From contig JAKITS010000001.1 in the NCBI GenBank assembly GCA_021648085.1, forward strand, positions 388,948-452,947: a stretch of DNA of 64,000 nucleotides, given 5' to 3'. The position numbers and the translations under genes were made by a program. Every line of letters begins with the position of its first letter. The stretch's first letter is position 1. This document shows, piece after piece, positions 1 through 10,331 of the stretch. Below the pieces are notes generated by a model. It was given only the letters and a program-made list of their open reading frames with translations, had not been told where the DNA came from and searched no databases. The DNA is from Candidatus Magasanikiibacteriota bacterium. GTDB taxonomy: Bacteria > Patescibacteriota > Patescibacteriia > Magasanikbacterales > UBA922.

Positions 1-625
1 AAGACGATGCCATTGGCATAATTCCATAACGAGAATTTCTACCATAACTAGGGCGAAGACCGGCAACTCCACAAAAACTTGCTGGCTGACGAATTGAACC
101 GCCAGTATCCTCGGCAATAGAGAAAATAGATGAGTTGTCTGCAACAGAAACCGCGGAACCACCAGAAGAACCACCAGAAACTTTAGTAATGTCATGTGGA
201 TTCTTTACAGACCCATACATTGAATTTTCATTGCTTGCACCATGTCCAAAAGTATCACAATTTGTCTTCCCAACCAAAACAGCACCCTTTTCTCTTAATT
301 TTCTAATTACAGTAGCCTCGTATGGTGCTGTATAATTTGCTAAAATTTTGGAAGCGCCTGTGGACAAAATACCCTCTGTACAAATTGCATCTTTCACAGA
401 AAATGGAATTCCTGTTAATGAATTTTTTAGACCTTCGGCTATCATTTTATCTGCTTTCTCTGCACCATTCAAAGCAATTTTACTAGAAATAGTTATAAAT
501 GCATTTAATTCTGGATTTGTCTTTTCAGCCTGTTTTAGACAAGCTTTGGTAAGTTCTACAGAACTAAATTCTTTTTTATCCAAACCCTCACTTGCTTTTT
601 TTATTGTTAGCTCATTTAATTCCAT
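1..625 (-). CDS. gatA: Asp-tRNA(Asn)/Glu-tRNA(Gln) amidotransferase subunit A, 5' part; runs off the window start
   Basis: Minus frame from ATG 625 (MELNELTIKK...) contains the amidase signature GGSSGGSA and DTGGSIRQPASFCGV; follows gatC directly. Confidence 0.95.
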   Translation of the reverse strand, partial: MELNELTIKKASEGLDKKEFSSVELTKACLKQAEKTNPELNAFITISSKIALNGAEKADKMIAEGLKNSLTGIPFSVKDAICTEGILSTGASKILANYTAPYEATVIRKLREKGAVLVGKTNCDTFGHGASNENSMYGSVKNPHDITKVSGGSSGGSAVSVADNSSIFSIAEDTGGSIRQPASFCGVAGLRPSYGRNSRYGIMPMASS

Positions 626-626
626 A

Positions 627-920
627 TTATTCAAAAACTTTGTGAACCTTGAGTAATCCGTCTTTTTCCTCTGGGAACTGTGCTATCATTTTTTGTCTTC
701 TCTCTTCTGGGCACTCTTCTACCACATCTTCCCTAATGATATCCTCCAAACCAGTCACCTGACTAGTCTCCAAAATTCCTTCTGTATCCACTTCGTTTAG
801 CATCTCCACATAACCAAATACTGCAGACAATTGTTTTGCATATTTTTCCTTCTCCTGCTCTGTTAAATTTAGACGCGCAAGTTTTGCAACATCCTCTATC
901 TCTTTTTTTGTTAATTTCAT
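627..920 (-). CDS. gatC: Amidotransferase subunit C
   Basis: VAKLARLNL...REDVV...LKVHKV GatC pattern, adjacent to gatA. Confidence 0.95.
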   Translation of the reverse strand: MKLTKKEIEDVAKLARLNLTEQEKEKYAKQLSAVFGYVEMLNEVDTEGILETSQVTGLEDIIREDVVEECPEERRQKMIAQFPEEKDGLLKVHKVFE

Positions 921-937
921 AGATTTTTATTCTACAT

Positions 938-3014
<2,077 letters not shown>

Positions 3015-3114
3015 TTATCCAAAATTGTCAATCCCCCAAACATTTGAAATTTTCTATTTATTAATAGGTAATCGATCCAACTTCATTTTATTTAGGATGA
3101 CGAATTAATCAATA

Positions 3115-3254
3115 CGTCATATTGAGCGAAACGAAGTGGAGTCGAAATATCTCGAAACGATATAACGATAACTGTGAATATTCAAAGTCTTATATTTTTA
3201 AACCGAGATCCGTTCGACTTCATTACGCTTTGCTACATTACGCTCAGGATAACG
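3115..3254. repeat. CGTC-type REP-like palindromic doublet (family A)
   Basis: cgtcatattgagc...gtcgaaatatctc arm, AT-rich spacer, gagatccgttcgac...gctcaggataacg arm. Confidence 0.85.
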
Positions 3255-3291
3255 TATATGGTTTTTATTCTTTATCAATTATTAACTAATT

Positions 3292-4062
3292 TTAAAAAAT
3301 CAATCCTAAATACCAATCTAGCAAGTTATACCCCCAAAACATTGTAAATAAAGTAGCTACCGCCAAATAAGTTCCAAACGGAGTTTGTGATTCTAAACTT
3401 GTTCTTTTTAATGCAAGTAAAATAACACTCAAAAAAGCTCCACCAACATAAGAAAGCATTAGCGCCACAATTGCGAGTGGCCAACCCAAAATTATACCCA
3501 TCAAAACTCCAAGGCGAATATCTCCTCCGCCAATCCATTTACCACGAGAAATAGCAAATTGAAACAAGAAAAATCCACCCAAAACTACCGCACCAATTAG
3601 CATAGATTGCCAAGTATGCCAGCCAAAAATTAATGAAAGTACAAATAAAATTCCAATAGACGGCAAAGTTATTTTATCTGGCAATTCTTTGTACAAATAA
3701 TCATAAATAAACAGAAAGCTAAGTATAAAAATAATAAACCAATCTCGCAATAATTCTATGGAAAAATCATAAAAACCACTTTGGTGAATTAATGCCGCAC
3801 AGACAAAAGCTATTCCAAACCAAGTTTCTACCAAAGGATATTGAATTGAAATTTTTGCTTTGCAGTTTCTACACTTTCCTCGCAAAATTATAAAACTCAA
3901 AATTGGGATTAAATCTTTTGCAAAAATAGTTTTATTGCACTTTGGGCACATAGAACGCCCATTCATTGTTTTGTGTTTTTGTGTACGCCAAACAAAGGCA
4001 TTTGTAAAACTACCAATCACAATTCCAAACAGGAATACAATAAAAAAATATGTTAGATTCAT
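3292..4062 (-). CDS. pilD: Prepilin peptidase (A24)
   Basis: GSFTN, RSMCPKC, GKCRNC, GGGDIRL, PFGTYL motifs. Confidence 0.93.
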   Translation of the reverse strand: MNLTYFFIVFLFGIVIGSFTNAFVWRTQKHKTMNGRSMCPKCNKTIFAKDLIPILSFIILRGKCRNCKAKISIQYPLVETWFGIAFVCAALIHQSGFYDFSIELLRDWFIIFILSFLFIYDYLYKELPDKITLPSIGILFVLSLIFGWHTWQSMLIGAVVLGGFFLFQFAISRGKWIGGGDIRLGVLMGIILGWPLAIVALMLSYVGGAFLSVILLALKRTSLESQTPFGTYLAVATLFTMFWGYNLLDWYLGLIF

Positions 4063-4101
4063 ATTAGATGTATTATAACACTAAAAGTAAAAAAATAGAA
4101 T

Positions 4102-4135
4102 AAAAAAACCACCGACTATTTCGGTGGTTTTTTAT
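4102..4135. terminator. Intrinsic terminator after the pilin gene
   Basis: aaaaaaaccaccga-ctatt-tcggtggttttt hairpin with A/T tails. Confidence 0.75.
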
Positions 4136-4142
4136 TTTTTTA

Positions 4143-4583
4143 TTACTGTGAAGCAGAAACCCCAGATGGTGATACCAGAATTGGACCACTCAAATTGTTT
4201 ATATTTCCTTCTATTCTAGCCTGGATTGTATATGTTGTTCCATCTATAGAATTGTAGACATAAGAAAAATCACTAGGATCTTGTGGGACTAGCGCCATAT
4301 ACGGATTTGCACAATCTGAACCGACAAAACCAGTTGCGTTTAGACAAGATGTGTTTGCTGTACCAATTTGAGTAGGAGAGGTCACAACTGGATACTCGCT
4401 ATTTTCTGTAAAATAAATCTCCAAAGCAGTTTGAACCTGTCTCAAATCTGCCAAACGCTTTGAATCTCTAGCTTTTTCACGAGCAGAACCAAGCGCAACC
4501 ACAGCCAAAGTTGAAAGCAAACCAATGATTGCAACAACTACCAACAATTCGATCAATGTAAAACCTCTTTTATTTATCGTCAT
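4143..4583 (-). CDS. Type IV pilin / GspG-like pseudopilin
   Basis: KRG|[16 protein letters not shown] class III signal; [10 protein letters not shown]. Confidence 0.92.
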   Translation of the reverse strand: MTINKRGFTLIELLVVVAIIGLLSTLAVVALGSAREKARDSKRLADLRQVQTALEIYFTENSEYPVVTSPTQIGTANTSCLNATGFVGSDCANPYMALVPQDPSDFSYVYNSIDGTTYTIQARIEGNINNLSGPILVSPSGVSASQ

Positions 4584-4604
4584 AATTTTTATTTTAATAT
4601 AAAT

Positions 4605-4988
4605 TTAATTTTTTAAAATTTTGTTTATTTTTCTAACTAAATCTTCTGGTTTAGTGTGTGGTTTCAGTAAATATTCTACAGCTCCCAGACTTAAAGCTCT
4701 TTCAACATCTTCTTTTTGACCAATACTAGTTAACAATATCACAGGAATAGACCTTGTTGTTCTACCCAATTTTAGTATCTCTAAAACAGAAAAACCATCC
4801 ATATTTGACAAAACTGTCTCCAAAATAATTATATCTGGCTTTCTTTTTTTTACCACCTCAAGCACAGTTTCTCCATTTTTTTCTGTTATAACCTTAAAAC
4901 CACTTTCTTTTAAAAATTTTGTATAAATATCTGCTAAATGCACATCTTCTTCAGCCAATAAAACTAAAAACTGTTTTTCATTTTTCAT
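4605..4988 (-). CDS. Single-domain response regulator with atypical phospho-acceptor
   Basis: Receiver pattern PDIIILETVLSNMDG...PVILLT...GAVEYLLKP; conserved Asp replaced by Glu. Confidence 0.85.
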   Translation of the reverse strand: MKNEKQFLVLLAEEDVHLADIYTKFLKESGFKVITEKNGETVLEVVKKRKPDIIILETVLSNMDGFSVLEILKLGRTTRSIPVILLTSIGQKEDVERALSLGAVEYLLKPHTKPEDLVRKINKILKN

Positions 4989-5087
4989 ATTCTGAATTTT
5001 CTATTTTAAATTATTTTTTTACTATATAAAACTTATAATTTATTTTTACTCACACATTATAACAACAACTAACTACAAAATACAAAC

Positions 5088-6218
5088 TTATCTCTCTGTA
5101 TTCCTCACTGCAAGTCCAATTGCAACAGACATTCTAGGACCAATATTATACAAAACAGGCTTCAAACTCTCTTGGGTTGCAATTCTTGCCCAAGGATCTC
5201 CCACAAAAACCCTTACATCAAAATGTTGCTTTATATAATTTAGAATTGGTGGAAAAATCGCAGAACCACCTGTCAAAATAATTTTTTCTGGTCGTTTCTC
5301 TTCATTTCCCATTTGATGCAAAAACAAATCAAAACCTGCCTGAATTTCTTTTACAATAGGATCTACAAGAGATTCAAACATTTTTATATCCATTTTTTCT
5401 GGTGGCAAAAGTGAAATGTCTTTTTTAATTTGCCCAGCATCTTCTGCTGAAATACCCATTTTGTCCATAATTAGCTTGTCTATAGAATTTCCACCAAACT
5501 TTATACTTCTGTGTGTAAGTGGCAAACCTTGATCTGCAATAAAAAAATTGGTCCTCTCTGCTCCAATATCTACAACCATAGAGGTAGACTTATCTTTTCC
5601 AACCAATGCACGCTCCAAAGCAAAAGCTTCTGTTTCTAAAGCAACTAATTGTAAACCTGCTTTTTGGAAAATAGATGTAAAAAATAAAACCAAATCTTTT
5701 GGCGCAGCAGTCACCAAAACTTTCATAAACTTATTTTTTTCACCTTCTGAAGATGGTGGAATTATTTGGTGTGCGACCTGTAATTCTTCAATTGGACGCG
5801 GTGTCATCTTTTTTACTTTTGCGCGTACATGATGCTCCAATTCTTTTTTGTCTACTTTTGGCAGGTTTATAACAGCATGAAAAATATAAGAAACAGGTAG
5901 ACTTGCAATTGCCTTTTTAGACCTTACTTTTGATTGAGTACACAGGCCTTTTAGAATTTCTCCGTATTCTTCTATTCTAGAATCATTTGCAAAAATATTT
6001 GCTGGTTTTTTAACTGCTTCTTTTTTTTCATTTTCAATTTTTAATTCCTGCCCAACCTCTTTGTGGTGTTGTATGTGTATATCCAAATCTGCCGAAGCAA
6101 TTCCGTAAGTCCAAAGCTGAGGACGATCTTTTGTTTTTTTGAGTTCAACGATTTTAATCCCTCCTGCACCAAAATCCACACCAAGAGAAAATTCTTCGCC
6201 TTTACCAAATAAGGACAT
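5088..6218 (-). CDS. pilM: Type IV pilus assembly protein PilM (actin-like ATPase)
   Basis: LGVDFG...IKIVEL, VVDIGAERT, ILTGGSA, AIGLA; start placed at ATG 6218 (MSLFGK). Confidence 0.9.
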   Translation of the reverse strand: MSLFGKGEEFSLGVDFGAGGIKIVELKKTKDRPQLWTYGIASADLDIHIQHHKEVGQELKIENEKKEAVKKPANIFANDSRIEEYGEILKGLCTQSKVRSKKAIASLPVSYIFHAVINLPKVDKKELEHHVRAKVKKMTPRPIEELQVAHQIIPPSSEGEKNKFMKVLVTAAPKDLVLFFTSIFQKAGLQLVALETEAFALERALVGKDKSTSMVVDIGAERTNFFIADQGLPLTHRSIKFGGNSIDKLIMDKMGISAEDAGQIKKDISLLPPEKMDIKMFESLVDPIVKEIQAGFDLFLHQMGNEEKRPEKIILTGGSAIFPPILNYIKQHFDVRVFVGDPWARIATQESLKPVLYNIGPRMSVAIGLAVRNTER

Positions 6219-6323
6219 AGTTTGTTTATTATGTTCTGAAAATATAAGATTGTTTACATTATACCACAAAAAATAATCTAAATAAAAAAGACCAAACAAA
6301 TAAGTTTGGTCTATAATTTAAAT

Positions 6324-7475
6324 TTATACAATTATACCTTTTACATCTCCTGTAGATGTTCTGGAGCCAGTTTTTACACTAGCAGTCCCGTCGGCATTCA
6401 ACTTTATAAGAATACTTCCACAAGAGCCTGGAACATATCCAGCTTGCTGTGCATAAGTACCTTTATACATTAAATAAGACGGGCAAATTATTTTTCTTTC
6501 AATCTTTTTTTCAATTCTAAATCTAACTAATTTTCCATTCTGGAATTCTCGCCTAGGTACAAGTCTAGATACACTGTGTGATTTTTTATCATGGACATGC
6601 CCCATTATAAAAAAGTCAGCCAGTATAAACTGCCTAGCTTTTCCAACAGCGTTCAACTTTCCGCCCGGAGTATTAGAACCACTTCTTCCATGAGAAAGAA
6701 AAAAAGTCCACCTAAAACTACGCCAAGTAAGATCTAAAAGTACAGGCCCCATAAAATATGGGATTCCTAAAAATCTAGAAACTTCACGCAATGGACACAT
6801 AAGTGTTTTGCGAGTAGTTCTGTGCTCATGATTTCCAGGGATCATAACCAAAGTTTTATGTGCAACAGATCCTATTTCCTCTTCAAAACCAATTCTTTGC
6901 TCATCTGGTGTCATATTTTGCTCTGCCCAAGCAATGCCACCGGCAGAATCACTAAGTGCATTTTCCAAAGAATCACCACCAAACAAAGCAAATCTATTTG
7001 GTCTTCGTCTTACCTCTTCAATATCAAATCTAAACAAATCCAAATCACATCTATTATGTCCATAATGGATATCATAAAACGGTGTTATTTCTATATCTTT
7101 TGCAGGTTTGTTGTTTAACCCCAAAACATCATCTGGAATTATAACTCTATGATAAAAACCCCTCTCCCCTAAACCATCTGAAGTTGGCAAAAAAATAAAA
7201 GCTCTGTCCGAAACAATACTTTTTTTCTTTTCTTTTGGAACATATAAATAAACCATGTTTCCATTATGAGGTCTCCAATTTATAATATTCCCACCAGCTA
7301 GATGCTGTTTTGACTCTTTAAGTCTAGAGATACAGTACTCAATTTTTTCAGAATCTATAGATAATTTTTGCGATAATTCAGAAACTGTATGACCAGTCTT
7401 TTCCAAAAGTTTTAATATTTCCTTAACTATTTTTCTAGTTTCTTTTGCCTTTTCACGAGCTTCTTTTTTACTCAT
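6324..7475 (-). CDS. Calcineurin-like metallophosphoesterase with N-terminal HTH-like region
   Basis: Intact motifs DIH, GD, GNHE, SHG, GHVH; GGGAGG SD supports ATG 7475. Confidence 0.8.
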   Translation of the reverse strand: MSKKEAREKAKETRKIVKEILKLLEKTGHTVSELSQKLSIDSEKIEYCISRLKESKQHLAGGNIINWRPHNGNMVYLYVPKEKKKSIVSDRAFIFLPTSDGLGERGFYHRVIIPDDVLGLNNKPAKDIEITPFYDIHYGHNRCDLDLFRFDIEEVRRRPNRFALFGGDSLENALSDSAGGIAWAEQNMTPDEQRIGFEEEIGSVAHKTLVMIPGNHEHRTTRKTLMCPLREVSRFLGIPYFMGPVLLDLTWRSFRWTFFLSHGRSGSNTPGGKLNAVGKARQFILADFFIMGHVHDKKSHSVSRLVPRREFQNGKLVRFRIEKKIERKIICPSYLMYKGTYAQQAGYVPGSCGSILIKLNADGTASVKTGSRTSTGDVKGIIV

Positions 7476-7488
7476 CTGACACCTCCCT

Positions 7489-8811
7489 TTAGTGAGTTGC
7501 TTCAAATGTATTGTCTGAATAAATGATGCACTCAACACGACCAGAAACTGGGGGTGCATATCCTTTTATTTCTCTAATTGATCCTGCAAACTTCCTAAAA
7601 CCAGGACAAATTATTGAATAAGCTATAGACTCTCTTATTCTATTGTTTGTTGGATCTGCAGAAAAAACAACAGCATCGTCTATAATAGCCTCTTCCAAAT
7701 GTCCCATAATAGTAAAATGTGGAAAATTCTGATTTACAGTAACCTTTAAAACAGCATTGAGTTTTGATCCATCCAGTCTTGCACCAGACCTGCCATGAAG
7801 AGCATAAAACTCAATTGGCACCATTGGATCTTTCCAATAAATATCTGCACGCACAGGACGAAAAGTGTGATGAATTCCCAAATCTCTACAAACAGACCTA
7901 AGAGGTTCTATACCATCTATTTTTGAATACTTATTTTCTCTATCTCCAGACTGTGCCCACAAGATTTTGTGTGCAACCGGAGCAAGTATGTTTCTAAGAT
8001 TTCTTCTATATTCTTCTGCTGTATATTTATTATACAAACTTCCACCAATTATATTTCCATTTAAAAATACAAATACATAAGGCTTGGTGGCAGCCCTCAG
8101 CAATACTTGCTGAAAAGCTTCCAAATCACAAAGATGATCGCCAAATGTCACAGAATCAATAGGAATAATCCTAATCGCCGAATCTGCTAAATTTTTGGAA
8201 AAATCTAAATCTTGAGGAAAAGTAATTGCCAAATAGTCATTATCATTTTCAGAATGTCTAACCGTAAAAACTCTTTCTTTCACTTCTACACAACCATTTA
8301 CAACGCGCTCAAAATAATAAGTTTTTTGCTGATAAGAGCTTATTCCTTCTTTAAGTGTGAAATCTTCTGGGCTGTTTACCTGAAATTCTTCAAAAATTTT
8401 TAAACCTTCTTCTCCAAACTTACTCTCAACAGCTTCCAAAGTTCTAGCTCTACTCAAAAATCCAAAAACTTTTTCCACCAATTTTTCTCTTTCAGTTTTA
8501 GCTTTTTCTGCATTTTTTCTTTCTATTTCTGCTTTTTCTTCTTCTGTTAACTCTTTAGTTTTAACTTCTTCAACATCAACAGAATCCAAAGTACTTTTAG
8601 TCTCACCATTAGAATCTATGAATTTTTTCCTTTTCTTTTCCCAACCAATCTTGAGTTTTCTAAGATGATAACTCAAATTTATTTTATTTAATCCTGTTAA
8701 CTCTAACAGCTTTAAATACTTTTGAATTTCTAAATAATCAACATCTCCAAAATTATCTACAATAATTTTTTTCACCTCTGCTGAGGTTATTCTCTTTGGT
8801 CGTCTTACCAT
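7489..8811 (-). CDS. Degenerate metallophosphoesterase paralog
   Basis: Colinear with the neighbour (AHKILW, HGRSG, KLNAV, IMGH, IICP, GYAP) but metal ligands altered (DSV, GN, GDR, GHLE). Confidence 0.7.
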   Translation of the reverse strand: MVRRPKRITSAEVKKIIVDNFGDVDYLEIQKYLKLLELTGLNKINLSYHLRKLKIGWEKKRKKFIDSNGETKSTLDSVDVEEVKTKELTEEEKAEIERKNAEKAKTEREKLVEKVFGFLSRARTLEAVESKFGEEGLKIFEEFQVNSPEDFTLKEGISSYQQKTYYFERVVNGCVEVKERVFTVRHSENDNDYLAITFPQDLDFSKNLADSAIRIIPIDSVTFGDHLCDLEAFQQVLLRAATKPYVFVFLNGNIIGGSLYNKYTAEEYRRNLRNILAPVAHKILWAQSGDRENKYSKIDGIEPLRSVCRDLGIHHTFRPVRADIYWKDPMVPIEFYALHGRSGARLDGSKLNAVLKVTVNQNFPHFTIMGHLEEAIIDDAVVFSADPTNNRIRESIAYSIICPGFRKFAGSIREIKGYAPPVSGRVECIIYSDNTFEATH

Positions 8812-8837
8812 GATCCTTTCTCCTTTTGGAAAGTAAA

Positions 8838-8848
8838 TTGTAAGGAAC
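8838..8848 (-). promoter_or_regulatory. boxA-like motif upstream of an SD-led gene
   Basis: GTTCCTTACAA followed by AAGGAG; resembles rrn boxA TGCTCTTTAACA. Confidence 0.5.
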
Positions 8849-8957
8849 TGTTTTTATGTTAACTCATTATATTAAATAATACAAATCAAATATCTACAGC
8901 TATTTACAATAATTTTTTCCTTACATATAATAGACCTATCTCAAAATAAACATTTAT

Positions 8958-10325
8958 ATGAAATTAAAAATATTCAACACACTCACAAGAAAAAAAGAAG
9001 AATTTAAATCAAATGAAAAAGGAAGAGTCGGCTTATACACTTGTGGTCCGACTGTTTACAATTATGCGCATATAGGAAATTTGCGAACCTACATTTTTGA
9101 GGATGTTTTGAAACGCGCCCTTCTTTATAATGGGAATACTGTAAACCACATAATGAACATAACCGATGTTGGACACTTGACAGACGACGCAGACGAAGGT
9201 GAAGATAAGTTGGAAAAAGCAGCGAAAAAAGAAAATAAAAGTGCTGTAGAAATTGCAGAATTTTATACAAATGCTTTCAAAAAAGATTTGGAACAATTAA
9301 ATATTTTACCACCAACAACTTGGTGCAAAGCAACTGATCATATAAAAGAACAGATTGAAATGGTAGAAAAATTGTTGAAAGATGGTTTTGCTTACGAAAC
9401 TAAGGATACAATTTATTTTGATACCACAAAAGATAAAAATTATGGTGATCTTGCAAACCTAAAAAATCAAGAACTTCAAGCTGGAAAAAGAGTGGAAATT
9501 GGAGATAAAAAAAATATTCACGACTTTGCATTGTGGAAATTTAGTAAACCAGAAGATAATAGACAAATGGAGTGGGAAGCTTTTGGAAAAATGGGTTTCC
9601 CTGGTTGGCATTTGGAGTGTTCTGCGATGAGTATAAAATATCTTGGTGAAAACTTTGATATTCATTGTGGCGGAGTTGATCACATACCAGTTCACCACAC
9701 AAATGAAATTGCACAATCCACTGCTTTTACCGGCAAAAAGCCTGTGAATGTTTGGATGCACGGAGAATTTTTGCTGACTGGAAAAGTAAAAATGGCAAAA
9801 TCTAGGGATAACTTTTTGACATTGGAGGTTTTGAAAGAAAAAGGATTTAGCCCACTCACCTACCGATACTTTCTTTTGCAAGCTCATTATAGAAAACAAT
9901 TAAACTTTTCTTGGGAAGCCTTGGAGGCAGCGCAAAATGGATTGGAAAAATTACAAAAAGCTGTCACAAATCTAGGAGAGCCTACAGAAGTTTGCAATGA
10001 TTGTGTAAATAAATTTTTAAACATTATAAATGATGATTTAAATACACCACAAGCTTTGGCCTTAGTTTGGGAACTTTTAAAAAGTGATAGCGCCAATGGT
10101 GTAAAAAAAGCAACTATTTTAAAATTTGACAAAGTTCTTGGACTCGGATTGGAAAATATTAAAATAGAAGAAATTCCAACAAATATAAAAGAAATTTCAC
10201 AAAAAAGAGAACAAGCTAGAAAAGAAAAAAACTGGGAAGAAAGTGATAAACTTAGAAAACAAATCGAAGAATTAGGTTTTAGTGTGGAAGATACTACTGA
10301 AGAACAGAAAATAAGTAAAAAATAA
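8958..10325 (+). CDS. cysS: Cysteine--tRNA ligase
   Basis: CGPTVY, HIGN, GFPGWHLECS, HCGGVDH, KMAKS. Confidence 0.98.
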   Translation: MKLKIFNTLTRKKEEFKSNEKGRVGLYTCGPTVYNYAHIGNLRTYIFEDVLKRALLYNGNTVNHIMNITDVGHLTDDADEGEDKLEKAAKKENKSAVEIAEFYTNAFKKDLEQLNILPPTTWCKATDHIKEQIEMVEKLLKDGFAYETKDTIYFDTTKDKNYGDLANLKNQELQAGKRVEIGDKKNIHDFALWKFSKPEDNRQMEWEAFGKMGFPGWHLECSAMSIKYLGENFDIHCGGVDHIPVHHTNEIAQSTAFTGKKPVNVWMHGEFLLTGKVKMAKSRDNFLTLEVLKEKGFSPLTYRYFLLQAHYRKQLNFSWEALEAAQNGLEKLQKAVTNLGEPTEVCNDCVNKFLNIINDDLNTPQALALVWELLKSDSANGVKKATILKFDKVLGLGLENIKIEEIPTNIKEISQKREQARKEKNWEESDKLRKQIEELGFSVEDTTEEQKISKK

Positions 10326-10331
10326 TAAAAT

